Shown here one piece after another: positions 25,375-35,192 of a stretch of 64,000 nt of DNA. The notes under the pieces are model-generated. The model saw only the letters and a list, made by a program, of their open reading frames with translations. It was not told where the DNA came from and made no database searches. Source of the DNA: an uncultured virus (IMG/VR IMGVR_UViG_3300049259_000045) (taxonomy: Duplodnaviria > Heunggongvirae > Uroviricota > Caudoviricetes); the IMG/VR virus record IMGVR_UViG_3300049259_000045; one strand, given 5' to 3'. The position numbers were made by a program, and so were the translations under genes. The stretch's first letter is position 1. The number at the start of each line of letters is the position of its first letter.

Positions 25375-25644
25375 CTACTGGGGGACGATGCTGAGCTTGC
25401 TGTTACGCGCCCCCTTCCGTGCGATTTCGTTACGGTCGACCCGTCGCTCGATCAGCTGGTCGGCGGCTTCGATCGGACCGAGTACCCAGGAGGACAGGAA
25501 CTCCTGCGCTTCCGTGCGAGCCTCGCGGCTGACGTTGCAGGAATCGTTGTCCGGGTCGAGGAACGCCTTGAGATCGTTCAACGCATCGGCCAAATTGCGC
25601 CGAACGGCGATGATCTCACTGCTGTCGAACTTCTCCTGCGCCAC
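25375..25644 (-). CDS. Hypothetical protein
   Basis: SD AAGGAG. Confidence 0.55.
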   Translation of the reverse strand: MAQEKFDSSEIIAVRRNLADALNDLKAFLDPDNDSCNVSREARTEAQEFLSSWVLGPIEAADQLIERRVDRNEIARKGARNSKLSIVPQ

Positions 25645-25645
25645 G

Positions 25646-25963
25646 TCAGCTCTCCTTGGGGTCTTCTGCGTGGAGTTCCCACGCGTGGTAACGGAAAAAT
25701 CCGTCGGTCCAGGGCTGCGGGTCGAACTTGGTCCTAGGTTCGTGATGAACCGGGTTGCACACTCCCCAAACCGGCCGGACCGTCTTACCTTCCGCTACGG
25801 CCTTGAGCATCTGTCGAGTGTTAGGACCCTTGCCCTTGAATGCCGACTGCATTTCCCTGGATGCCATACCACCAGTAAAACACACAACTTGCGTCTGGCG
25901 CAACTCCTCCGGTACAGCAGCAGCCGAGGACCCAATGAAGAGTCCTCGGCTGCTGGAGGTCAA
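25646..25963 (-). CDS. Hypothetical protein
   Basis: Fills the operon. Confidence 0.45.
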   Translation of the reverse strand: MTSSSRGLFIGSSAAAVPEELRQTQVVCFTGGMASREMQSAFKGKGPNTRQMLKAVAEGKTVRPVWGVCNPVHHEPRTKFDPQPWTDGFFRYHAWELHAEDPKES

Positions 25964-25967
25964 GGTG

Positions 25968-26312
25968 TTACGCGGACACGACGTTGTACGTGCGACCGAT
26001 CGCCACCCACACGTAGGTGAGTTCGCCTACCAGACCCCGGAGCTTGATGGTCTCGAACGGCTCGCAGCTGTCGCCGTGGTAGACCCGAACCGTTCCCTCG
26101 CCGTACATGTAGTTGGTCTCGATCTGATGATCGCTGCTGACGAGGTCCCGCCACCGAGCCGGTCGAACCTGCTCGAAATCCGGACCTCGCAAGATGTCGA
26201 CCAGCAAGGCGAGGTGTTCTTGAACGAGCTTACACCGCGATACGCTGGTCAGGGACCCGAGCGGGTTGGTGGACGTTGATGGGTGTCGGGCCAGGGGGGG
26301 TGCTGTCGACAT
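25968..26312 (-). CDS. Hypothetical protein
   Basis: Overlaps the HTH gene; start uncertain. Confidence 0.45.
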   Translation of the reverse strand: MSTAPPLARHPSTSTNPLGSLTSVSRCKLVQEHLALLVDILRGPDFEQVRPARWRDLVSSDHQIETNYMYGEGTVRVYHGDSCEPFETIKLRGLVGELTYVWVAIGRTYNVVSA

Positions 26313-26550
26313 GAATCTCCTTGTCCTGTTCGAAGACGTTGTAGCGGAGAAACGCTCCGAACGCAGATCGGCCGGACACGTAGGCGTCCAGTGCTTTCTC
26401 GGGGTTCAGTCGGTATTCGCGAACGATCCGGCCAAGAAGTTCCCGGCCAGGCAGGCGGTCACCAGACTTGAGCCGGGAAACCGTGCTGAAATGGCACCCG
26501 ACCCGGGTGGCAAAGTCGCTGAGCGTAACGGTTTCCCTACTTGTCTCCAT
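26230..26550 (-). CDS. Cro/C1-type HTH regulator (probably leaderless)
   Basis: TLSDFATRVGCHFSTVSRLKSGDRLP; the ATG lies 7 nt after the -10 of TTGCTA-N18-TACCAT (26558-26587). Confidence 0.75.
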   Translation of the reverse strand: METSRETVTLSDFATRVGCHFSTVSRLKSGDRLPGRELLGRIVREYRLNPEKALDAYVSGRSAFGAFLRYNVFEQDKEIHVDSTPPGPTPINVHQPARVPDQRIAV

Positions 26551-26647
26551 GACCCCCATGGTACCACACTCCTTGTCTCTATAGCAATAATAGTCTACTC
26601 GATCGACTCCAGTAGTTTAAACAGACTGGACGGACGATGGTCGGAAG

Positions 26648-27520
26648 TCATCTGACTGCCGTGAATCCGTGGCGGTGTCCCAGCCAGGTAAGGCTAACGA
26701 AGCCGGGAATTCCGTCCGCAGCGTTGCCGGTGTAGTGCAGCTTGTGCTGAACTCCCTGATACGCCTGGATGGTCTTGGTGCCGAACGAGCCGTCGACCCA
26801 CTTCGAGGCCAGCAGACCCTCGGATACCAGCGCGTGCTCGACCAGAAGGACCTCGGTCTTGTAGCTGGTATGGCCCTGCGCCGCGTGAGGGTCCTTCTTG
26901 GCTGCCGCCACGACGTGCGACAGGTGTACTGTCGGATGGACCGCCGGAGTCACCACGGGCTTGGGGTACTGGCCGTAGTCCGAGGTGTAAGCGTAGTCCT
27001 CGTCAGCCGTGCCGTTCAGCAAGCTGGCGCCTGTCTGGCGGATGTTCGCATGAGACGACCACTGCCCGTTCGACCAAGCCTTGGTCTGCCACAGGTAGTG
27101 GATACCGGCCGCGTGGGCGCCCTCCACGACCTTGAAGCTACCATACACGCCCACTCTGGCCAGTCCGATCTCGGAGATGACCCCTTGGAAGTACGGCAAC
27201 ACTGCTGCCCAGGTCACATCCTTGTCTACCGCGAAGTAGAGAGGGTGGTTGGCCGGAAGCTTCACCGCAGCACGCTGACGGTCAGCGTCCTTGGCGTCGA
27301 GAACACCAGCCGCGTTGCCAGCCGTGGCCCTACCGGCTGTGGTCTCCCAGACAGTGATGATGCTCAGACCGGCTGCCCGGTAGATCGGGACGTCGGTCGG
27401 GTGCAGGTCCTTGGAATCATCCTTGGAGAAGTACCGAGCGACCCAGTGAGCACCTGCGCCGGTGATCTGACTTACGGTGGGTCTGGCCCAAGCCAGGTCC
27501 ATGCCCTTGATGGGTGTCAT
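26648..27520 (-). CDS. Endolysin: DUF1906/GH25-like glycoside hydrolase plus peptidoglycan-binding domain
   Basis: WVARY, TVWE, YFAVD, GVYG, WQTKAWS; VDGSFGTKT...ADGIPG. Confidence 0.8.
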   Translation of the reverse strand: MTPIKGMDLAWARPTVSQITGAGAHWVARYFSKDDSKDLHPTDVPIYRAAGLSIITVWETTAGRATAGNAAGVLDAKDADRQRAAVKLPANHPLYFAVDKDVTWAAVLPYFQGVISEIGLARVGVYGSFKVVEGAHAAGIHYLWQTKAWSNGQWSSHANIRQTGASLLNGTADEDYAYTSDYGQYPKPVVTPAVHPTVHLSHVVAAAKKDPHAAQGHTSYKTEVLLVEHALVSEGLLASKWVDGSFGTKTIQAYQGVQHKLHYTGNAADGIPGFVSLTWLGHRHGFTAVR

Positions 27521-28386
27521 GATGCGAATCCCTTCACGTTCAGCCAGACCTTGGCCGCGTCCGCGAACACGTGGTCAGCGTCCTCGGTCGGCGGAGGAGT
27601 CGGTATCGAACCGACAACGAGGTTGGGCACAGTAACGTCGCCCTGCTGCGACAGTAGCCACTTCATTTCGTCTACGGTGACGTATCCCCACCCGTTGAGG
27701 CCCCAATCGGTGTCCCATGAATTCGGGAACCAGTAGCGCCCCAACTCCAGTTCGAATCGGCACACCTCCAGTTCGTGACCCCCGGCGGACCCTGAGGTCT
27801 TGTCTACCTTGACGTGTCCGTCCGGGTCGGTGTTGAACATGGAGTTGAGCCAGCCGGTGCCGAGGAGCACACCCGCACGCTGTAGCGCTGCGTTCATCGC
27901 GTCGATGCTGAACGCGTGAGTGTATTTGTCCGCCAGCCCGAGAGCTACGAGAGCCTTGGCGGCACCCAGACCGGACGATCCGGTATCGGTGGGCGGGTAG
28001 TTGCCAGCGAACGAGTCGAGAACGGTGGCCAGGCTGTAGAGCTTGACCGCGAATTCCTCGTTGAGTTGGTGCGCGCCAACGGCAAAAATCCCGTGAGACG
28101 CAGCGGCTCCTGCGGAGGAGATGACCACGGACGTGGTGGCGGTGTGCCCGGCGGAGTCGGTGCCGAGCAGGCCGGTAGCCGCATTGCCGGTGCAGGAACC
28201 GAGATTCCCCTGGTTCAGGATGGGGATACGTCGAGTCCAGTTGACCGAGCTGATCGACCCCTTGGGCAGCACGGGCTCAGCGTACGCGATGGATCGAGAG
28301 TCATGGTTGATGTGCCGACCCAACCGCCGGTTGAGGTGAATGGACTCCGGCAAGGTCCGGTGATTGGGGGTGCTGTTCCAGTCCAT
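27517..28386 (-). CDS. Papain-like (C1) cysteine peptidase, probable lysin peptidase component
   Basis: NQGNLGSCTG, GGHE, NSW...WGLNG. Confidence 0.75.
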   Translation of the reverse strand: MDWNSTPNHRTLPESIHLNRRLGRHINHDSRSIAYAEPVLPKGSISSVNWTRRIPILNQGNLGSCTGNAATGLLGTDSAGHTATTSVVISSAGAAASHGIFAVGAHQLNEEFAVKLYSLATVLDSFAGNYPPTDTGSSGLGAAKALVALGLADKYTHAFSIDAMNAALQRAGVLLGTGWLNSMFNTDPDGHVKVDKTSGSAGGHELEVCRFELELGRYWFPNSWDTDWGLNGWGYVTVDEMKWLLSQQGDVTVPNLVVGSIPTPPPTEDADHVFADAAKVWLNVKGFAS

Positions 28387-28429
28387 GGATGGGGCTCTCC
28401 TCGTCGCTCTGTGCTTTTGGGTGGGTTGC

Positions 28430-30790
28430 TTACGACACTAGCTGGCTGACTCCGACAGGAGGCCACGAACTACCAGCGGGATATGAGATCTTGACCACCG
28501 AGGAAAGGACGGAAGCGTACTCCGGGGCCAGCGTGAGGAACACGTTGGACAAGAATAGCGTGTTGGCTGCCGCAGGAGTTCCGAAGTAGGCCGGATTGAT
28601 TCCGGCGAAAGCCGCCGTGGCTGGAGCCGCGAAGTAGTTGTTGAGGAACGTCCAAGTAGCGGCCGGAACGACAACGCCGTTGTTGCTGTTGGCCACGAAC
28701 CCGCCGTTGTTGTCGAACCAGTTGATGCCTAGCGAGATGGTGAAGCCGCTTGTAGAATACACCCATCCGTTGACCCAGTAGTACACGGTCTGACCGGCCA
28801 CCGCGCTGCCGGGGTCTACCGCGACGTTCTCCGATTCCGCGTACGGGTTGGCCGTAGAACCGTTCGGAGTTATCAACCCAGAGAACGCGAACCCGCCGTG
28901 CGTCTGGGCGCTCGACCTGGTGATGGTCGCCCCGTTGAGCGCTGTCCACGGAGAAACCGTGGTGGCGAACGTGGGGTTGGAGTTCAGGGCGTCATTAGGA
29001 AGCATCGTCGCTTCCATCACCCCGTTGATTATCTCGTACTGGTTGTACAGCAGCTGAGTGGACCGGTTTCCTTGGTTGGTCTGGGCGGGAACGGTCAAAT
29101 CTTCCCAGGTATGGAGCAGCGGCAGTAGGTTGGGGTTGCTGCCGTCTCCGTAAACCGACATCGGTACCACTACATCATTTGAATAGGTAGTCCAAGTGCC
29201 GCTGTGCCGGTTGGATACCAGTACGTCGGACGTCGTACCGGGGGAAATCGCTACGCCAAGCTCCAGGTAACTGGACTGGTCCTGATACTGGTTTTGCTGC
29301 ATCACCAGGTGATACGGATTGACAGTGGACAGGCCGGAAGCTGGCAGGGGAACGGACACCAGGGGGACCGGAATCATGAGCAGCGACACGTACACCGAAT
29401 TGATCAAGTCCAGATAGATTATCTGCCACTGACCGTTGATATTCCGGAACGCGGATGCTTGCTTTTGACTGGGTCCGATGCTCCAATGACTGCTCCACCA
29501 CTGATCGGCAGCACCATCATCCGCTGTGATTGTCATTACCTGGATGCTGTTTGACACCGTTGTGGGGCCCAACAGACCGCTGACTATGATCAAAGCGTTG
29601 TCGGTGACACAGGTGTTCCAGCCGGGGGACGGGGTGTACACCCCGACCTGCAGTGACGGACCCGGCTGCCAAGGACCCAAGGACCCGTCACTTGAGTTAA
29701 TCTTGGACATGTACACGTTAGACACGCCCACCAAGGACGTGGAGCTGGTAGACCCTCCGGCCACCACCAGCCAGCCGTTGATAACTGCCGCGTGGCTGCT
29801 GTAGATAGTGGAAGGAAACACCGGTCCTGCGGTCCACGACGATATTTGACCGTTGTTCATTTGCGCGTACCACACGCTATTAACAGCGGCACCACCGGCG
29901 CTAGTTGCTCCCCCGATTATGTACACCGTCTCGCTGGTCGAATCCGCAGCCGACGCGTGGTGATACAGCGGAGTAGGCAACGCAGTCTGCGATGACCAGG
30001 ACGCGATGGAACCTTGCAGAGAGTCCCATCCGGCCACCCACACGTAGTTGGTGGGTCCTGAACCGTTGTCTCCGCCGGTAGCCACAATAAAGTCGGAGGT
30101 GGCCGTTACTGCACCGTAAGCGGACGTCGCGGGCAGCGACGGTTGAGCCACGGCCGTGCCCATCAGGTTGTCTCCCAGGTACGGCACCAGGTTCACAACA
30201 TTCAGCGGGGTAGAGCTGCCGATGTTGGTACCACCTACCATGATCTGGTAGTTTCCGAAGGTGGAAATGGACGGGAACGTGGCTACGCCCGAGCTGTCGC
30301 CTGTTGGCCCGGTATACGTACGCTGTCGAGGTCCGCCGACGCCCATCATGGTGTTGAGAGACGGATTGGCCAGGGAGGGCGCCGAGCTGTCCGACAGACC
30401 ATTCTTGGCGCCGGTGTTGGTGAAAAACGACGCAGGTATCATGGTTGACACCACGGGACCAGCAGCCACGTTCGGGACACCGCCGGTATCTGCGTACACG
30501 CTGAACAGCATGTTGGCCCCGTTACCGACGGGGGCTATTGGGACCACAATCCGACTCAACACCGTGTTTCCGCTGGGCATGTTGAATCGTTGATCAAAGT
30601 CCAGGGTGTTGCCTGGCCTGACAGCGGTGTACAGCGGCCAGCAGTCGAACGCCTCCAATAGAGCAGCTTCGTACGCTACTTGGACCACGTGACTGCCCAG
30701 AAACTGGTCAATCTGGTTGGCGTGATTGGTGGCGTTTAGGTCTCCGGGTAGCCCATTTTTGGCTGCTTCCCAACCCGGGGTGGTAGGCAC
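28430..30790 (-). CDS. Minor tail / receptor-binding protein with Kelch repeats and a CBM-like C-terminus
   Basis: Repeated GG...W Kelch units; NSNPTF...W...SSAQTHGG CBM-like segment. Confidence 0.7.
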   Translation of the reverse strand: MPTTPGWEAAKNGLPGDLNATNHANQIDQFLGSHVVQVAYEAALLEAFDCWPLYTAVRPGNTLDFDQRFNMPSGNTVLSRIVVPIAPVGNGANMLFSVYADTGGVPNVAAGPVVSTMIPASFFTNTGAKNGLSDSSAPSLANPSLNTMMGVGGPRQRTYTGPTGDSSGVATFPSISTFGNYQIMVGGTNIGSSTPLNVVNLVPYLGDNLMGTAVAQPSLPATSAYGAVTATSDFIVATGGDNGSGPTNYVWVAGWDSLQGSIASWSSQTALPTPLYHHASAADSTSETVYIIGGATSAGGAAVNSVWYAQMNNGQISSWTAGPVFPSTIYSSHAAVINGWLVVAGGSTSSTSLVGVSNVYMSKINSSDGSLGPWQPGPSLQVGVYTPSPGWNTCVTDNALIIVSGLLGPTTVSNSIQVMTITADDGAADQWWSSHWSIGPSQKQASAFRNINGQWQIIYLDLINSVYVSLLMIPVPLVSVPLPASGLSTVNPYHLVMQQNQYQDQSSYLELGVAISPGTTSDVLVSNRHSGTWTTYSNDVVVPMSVYGDGSNPNLLPLLHTWEDLTVPAQTNQGNRSTQLLYNQYEIINGVMEATMLPNDALNSNPTFATTVSPWTALNGATITRSSAQTHGGFAFSGLITPNGSTANPYAESENVAVDPGSAVAGQTVYYWVNGWVYSTSGFTISLGINWFDNNGGFVANSNNGVVVPAATWTFLNNYFAAPATAAFAGINPAYFGTPAAANTLFLSNVFLTLAPEYASVLSSVVKISYPAGSSWPPVGVSQLVS

Positions 30791-30807
30791 AGGTTACTCC
30801 TTGTTGA

Positions 30808-31074
30808 CTAGGTCGAGATTACCACAGTGGACGCGCCGACGTAGGCCACGGTCCGGCTGATATCCTTCTCCGGGAACGCCGCGAACAGGACGCCGTACGC
30901 CGCGTCCATCACCGCCGTTATTACCTCGTCGTTGAGAGTTTGGAACGGGTCGGAAGTCGGAAGAGTGAACTCGTAGGCGGGGCTGGCGCCGGTCTCCTCG
31001 TCCTGATTGCGCACTATCAGGGTGATCACAGCCTGGACAGGAGCGAAATCCTCGGTGGGGGTGATGAGGGTCAT
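30808..31074 (-). CDS. Hypothetical tail-region protein
   Basis: SD GGAG; position in the tail operon. Confidence 0.55.
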   Translation of the reverse strand: MTLITPTEDFAPVQAVITLIVRNQDEETGASPAYEFTLPTSDPFQTLNDEVITAVMDAAYGVLFAAFPEKDISRTVAYVGASTVVIST

Positions 31075-31087
31075 GACGGGGGGTCTC

Positions 31088-31585
31088 CTACGAGATCGGT
31101 TGTCCGGAATAGAGAGCGGTAGACCCGCAGTCCTCTATCAGCAGGTACGACACATCGGCTGCGTCGGCGGTCCAAGTCCAGGTTTGCGCTACCGCTCCCT
31201 GCAGACCTAGCAGACTGATGGCCGTGGTGATATTGGCTCCGGTGATGTTGGTCAGGATAGTAGAGAAGTTGACCGCCACTGCGGCACCGGATGCCTGCGC
31301 GTTATTGACTCGGATGGTGTCTTTGTACACCGTTCCTGTGTTGGTATTTCCTTTGCGGATGCGGTACAGGGCGTAGCTGTCGGTACCGGCAGAATGGAGT
31401 CCCCACACGGTCACCTTGTACGCGCGACCGGTGTAGAAGGTGACGCTCGGGCTAGTGATGATCACGGTCTCGGTGGCCGCGAAAGTCTGGTTGGTTGTAC
31501 GGGTTGTCTGCCCAACGAACCCTAGTCCCGAGTTGGCGATGCGTTGAGACGCGTAGACCGAGTTGATCAGTTCCTGAGAGGGCAC
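31088..31585 (-). CDS. Minor tail protein
   Basis: Thr/Ala/Gly-rich beta composition. Confidence 0.6.
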   Translation of the reverse strand: MPSQELINSVYASQRIANSGLGFVGQTTRTTNQTFAATETVIITSPSVTFYTGRAYKVTVWGLHSAGTDSYALYRIRKGNTNTGTVYKDTIRVNNAQASGAAVAVNFSTILTNITGANITTAISLLGLQGAVAQTWTWTADAADVSYLLIEDCGSTALYSGQPIS

Positions 31586-32347
31586 TTACGTCACCGCCGA
31601 CAATAGGCCACCGCTGTAGGTGAACGTCCGATACGATTGCAGGTAGCCGCTGGCGGTCTGCCCGACCGTGTATTCAGCGTATGTGCTGAGTGCCTCGCTG
31701 GCGTTATACGTGGAAACCGTCCACCGTGCCCCCGAATCTTCCCAGGTAGCAGTCTGCAGGCCCGTAGTGGACTGGTCGAACACTCGGTATTGGAACCCGT
31801 AGGACTGAGCCGCCCAGCTGGTGCCGTTGGCTGAGGTGGACGCCCCCGACACCTGATTAGACCGATGCCAGGTGTAGTTGAAGCTGGCACCTCCGGCCGG
31901 AGTAGTAACCAGCCAATAGGTAGTGCTGGCGGTCAAACCCGTCACCGGCAACGGTAGGGTTACGAATACCGTGGTCACGCCAGCTGTCACGCTGAATGTG
32001 TACTCGGTGGTTACGGTGACAGTAGCCAGGGCTGCGCCGGTGGGCGCTCCTCCCGAGTTGGCGTACACATTTACCGTTATGGTTCCCAGGTTGCTTCCCA
32101 GGGATGTGTTGCCGGTCAGAGTGAGCTGAACATACCCGATGGCGGTTTGGCCTGCGGCGGTAGTGAACGACTGAGCCAGGTAAGTAGCGTTGCTGTTGGT
32201 GGTGCCGGTTCCGGCGGTGGCTTGAGCTGCGGTCTGAGTAGCCGCGTACAACAGCGTGTTGACGTGGGACCCCAGCAGCTGGTTTACGTGTCCGGCCAAC
32301 GGTGGCGAACCAGCGGTTGCCGCTTGCCAGGTCGGTGTTATGGCCAT
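31586..32347 (-). CDS. Minor tail protein
   Basis: Start MAITPTWQ after GGAG; LAQSF...VYANSGGAP motif. Confidence 0.65.
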   Translation of the reverse strand: MAITPTWQAATAGSPPLAGHVNQLLGSHVNTLLYAATQTAAQATAGTGTTNSNATYLAQSFTTAAGQTAIGYVQLTLTGNTSLGSNLGTITVNVYANSGGAPTGAALATVTVTTEYTFSVTAGVTTVFVTLPLPVTGLTASTTYWLVTTPAGGASFNYTWHRSNQVSGASTSANGTSWAAQSYGFQYRVFDQSTTGLQTATWEDSGARWTVSTYNASEALSTYAEYTVGQTASGYLQSYRTFTYSGGLLSAVT

Positions 32348-32349
32348 AG

Positions 32350-32889
32350 CTACGCTCCCGCCAAAGTAAATGTAGCTTGCAGGATCAGGGTGTCGGTTGT
32401 CGGCACCGACAACGATGGAGAGAAAGCCCAGTGGTCGAGCATGGTACCCGCCAAAGCCACGGTTGAGTCGTCGCTGCTGCCGTTGGCGAATACACCGGCT
32501 TCGGTTACGGTCCACGTGGTAGCCGGAGAGGGGAAGTAGAACAGCCAGGTGAACTCAGCTGGTAGTGTCGGAGTAGCTGGCCCTGAGGCTCCCGCTCCTA
32601 CCGACTGCCTGCCCAGCTCGCTGAATAGAAGGGTGTCAGCTGCGGCTACTGTACCGGTTCCCGACCCCACCGCTCCCCACAACGGAGTGAGATAGGTGGG
32701 GGACGTTATCCCGAGGTTGCCTGCCTGGTCCTGCAATCCTGACCACACTATGGCTCCGGCCAGCGCGGTTAGACCGGCGCTGCACATTATGTTGTCACCG
32801 CGCCTGCTGTCCCGGATAGTGCCGTCCGGACGAACAACCTCCAACGACAGTCGACCTTTTATCCGGAACAGCCCTGCTTCTACCCCCAT
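32350..32889 (-). CDS. Minor tail protein
   Basis: AVGSGT...ADT.L.SELGR...TEAGVF tail/baseplate pattern. Confidence 0.65.
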   Translation of the reverse strand: MGVEAGLFRIKGRLSLEVVRPDGTIRDSRRGDNIMCSAGLTALAGAIVWSGLQDQAGNLGITSPTYLTPLWGAVGSGTGTVAAADTLLFSELGRQSVGAGASGPATPTLPAEFTWLFYFPSPATTWTVTEAGVFANGSSDDSTVALAGTMLDHWAFSPSLSVPTTDTLILQATFTLAGA

Positions 32890-33098
32890 GTTGTAGACCC
32901 CCATGCGCCAGCGTCCCATGCTGAGTTACCCACGATTAGCGTTCCAGTCATCGAGTCCGAGGTCTGGGCGGACTCGTCAGTCTCGGCAAAGAACCCCAAG
33001 CCACTGATTATCTGGTCGCTGCCCTGCTGCCCGGACGACTGGTCGTTGAGTGTCCCCAGTATGTCAACCAAGGTGTAGGGGCGAAATACTCCAGGCAT
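32880..33098 (-). CDS. Small virion-region protein
   Basis: C-terminal WD..AWG...WG. Confidence 0.55.
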   Translation of the reverse strand: MPGVFRPYTLVDILGTLNDQSSGQQGSDQIISGLGFFAETDESAQTSDSMTGTLIVGNSAWDAGAWGSTTWG

Positions 33099-33107
33099 TG
33101 CGGCCCC

Positions 33108-33728
33108 TTAAGTTAGCGCGGCGAACAGACCGAAGGAACTTGACGACAGGCTGCCCAAGGTAACAGAGGACGGCATGGAGGTTTGGCTGCCCGCAGACTG
33201 GATGAATCTTCCTGGAGAAGTTCCGACATTGATCATGGACCCCGACTGCAAAGATCCACCACGAATTGAAGGGGTGGTTGTGGCAGCGTTGAACAGAATG
33301 GCCACATAGTACAGTCCGGCAGCCGCCGAGAATGAAGCCGCCAGCGGGATGGTTTTGGTTCCGGTGCTGTTGACTGTGGTGGTCAAATCAGCGCTGAGTC
33401 CTTGCCTAACCCCACTGTTGTTGTACACGGCCACGAAGTTTTGGCCCGATGTCAACCCCACTCCAGCGGTTCCTACCGTGATTATCGCGTTGGTCACCGT
33501 GGTGGCGTTCCGGATTGCCATCTTCTCGAAGTAGATTATCCCTCCGGTAAGGGCCTCGTTGACGTTGACCGTGACGGGGTCCATGGTCCAGGCCAAAAGG
33601 CCTTGATCGGTCGGCCCCCACGGGGCGTTGTTCTGGAGGGCGGTTGCTTGAGCTTGTAGATCGAGCAGAGCCGCGTTGAGCGGAGAGTCCCAGTTAGTGG
33701 TTCCACCGGGAATGGCAGTTACTGTCAT
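33108..33728 (-). CDS. Minor tail protein
   Basis: WDSPLNAAL N-terminal motif, AWTMDP. Confidence 0.6.
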   Translation of the reverse strand: MTVTAIPGGTTNWDSPLNAALLDLQAQATALQNNAPWGPTDQGLLAWTMDPVTVNVNEALTGGIIYFEKMAIRNATTVTNAIITVGTAGVGLTSGQNFVAVYNNSGVRQGLSADLTTTVNSTGTKTIPLAASFSAAAGLYYVAILFNAATTTPSIRGGSLQSGSMINVGTSPGRFIQSAGSQTSMPSSVTLGSLSSSSFGLFAALT

Positions 33729-35192
33729 CTAGCTTCCAAACCCTCCTCGGCCGTAGCCACCAGAGCCGTATCCGAATGACGGGCCTACAAACAGCCGGAT
33801 GGCCGTAGTATTGCAGCTTCGATACCCTCCGGCGCCGAAGTTCACTGTGTTGCTGATGATCAGAAACTGGTCATTCAATCCGGCCACGTAGTTGTTTTCG
33901 GAATCCGGGATGAATTGATTGACTACGGTAACCGTTTGGCCAGAACGGGCAAACCCAGCCCATGACTCGTCGGTCGTCCAGGTCAGTCTCTCCGCCGGGA
34001 ACGAGTATTCTTGTCGCTCTCGCAAGGCTCGACTTAGCGCCATGGGCACCGTTATCAAGCTGGTGTCATTGATGTACTCGGAGAATATGCCGCCGTTAGG
34101 CCCGTTATAGGTAGCCTGCGAATTGAAGTCATTGGCTTGAGCTACCACCGGGGCCTGATAGTCATACCAGATCTTGATGATCTCGCCAGCCGCCGGAGCG
34201 GCGATAGTGTTGGTCAGGGACCAAGCTCCGATACTGTTCTGCACAATTTGCCAGGTACCGGTACCGGTGGAGCCGCTGTCAACCAGGGTTACATCCACCA
34301 CAATGTCGCCTACGGACAGCACCGGAGTGCCGGTCACCGTGTATCGCAGCGGCCAAGATTGCTGCGCCCCGTTGCCCAACCAAACGTCAGTTGGGCTGTT
34401 GTCGGTGCTACCGAACGCTATGGTCTGGTTGGCTCCTTGAACCAAGATCCGGTTTCTCAACGAAGTGGCGTCCCACTCATAGCTGAAACTACCGTCCAGC
34501 GAGAAATGACCCTCAGTGGCCGATCCACCGGTTCCCGTGGGAGAGGTGGTGAACGTAACCCCGGAACTCTGTGCCGATGTGGCGTCGAAGAAGTGTAGTT
34601 TCAAGTTCTCATCGACGTACCATCCGTACGGGGTGGCTTGCCCAGCTAGCTGGGCCAAGGTGCGCCACGCGGACGACAGCGAGGTGTAATTCAGCACAAA
34701 ACTGGCAAGCTGAGGTCCGGGGCTGATGAAACCGCCATCTGCCACGGTCGCGGCGGTTATTCCGCAGTTGGCCTGCTGAACAAGCTGGATCACTATTTGG
34801 TCGACTGTCAACCCGTAGAAGACGCCATGAACGGTGGCGTTGTCCGCGTAGAACGTGAAGTCAGTGCACTGCAGCGTCCACTCATTGCGAACGGGGCCGG
34901 TCACGCTGAACAACGGGTCGTTGCACACTCCGGCAAACAAAGTTTGCGAAATGGCGTTATCGACCAACTTGACAGTGGACATGGCCGGGACAACGATGTT
35001 CTGGGTTGTCAGGTATTCGTCTATCAGGGGGAACGTGGCGGTGTCACCCTGCCTACCGAACTGCTGAGATATACTGGGCTGCCCAGCGGCCCCCGACCAA
35101 GCAAGCTGATTGCTGTAGTCGACCGGGGAGCCGCCGGGAGGCGTAACAGTAAACGTCAGGTTCGGACTAGCAACCGAACCGGGCATCATCAC
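33729..35192 (-). CDS. Tail tip / hub minor tail protein
   Basis: Immediately after the tape measure; WYVDENLKLHFF. Confidence 0.65.
   Translation of the reverse strand: MMMPGSVASPNLTFTVTPPGGSPVDYSNQLAWSGAAGQPSISQQFGRQGDTATFPLIDEYLTTQNIVVPAMSTVKLVDNAISQTLFAGVCNDPLFSVTGPVRNEWTLQCTDFTFYADNATVHGVFYGLTVDQIVIQLVQQANCGITAATVADGGFISPGPQLASFVLNYTSLSSAWRTLAQLAGQATPYGWYVDENLKLHFFDATSAQSSGVTFTTSPTGTGGSATEGHFSLDGSFSYEWDATSLRNRILVQGANQTIAFGSTDNSPTDVWLGNGAQQSWPLRYTVTGTPVLSVGDIVVDVTLVDSGSTGTGTWQIVQNSIGAWSLTNTIAAPAAGEIIKIWYDYQAPVVAQANDFNSQATYNGPNGGIFSEYINDTSLITVPMALSRALRERQEYSFPAERLTWTTDESWAGFARSGQTVTVVNQFIPDSENNYVAGLNDQFLIISNTVNFGAGGYRSCNTTAIRLFVGPSFGYGSGGYGRGGFGS

Noticed and set aside
26230..26550. Immunity repressor indicating a prophage
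   Set aside because: No integrase, att site, divergent switch or host genes in the window, so lifestyle cannot be called.
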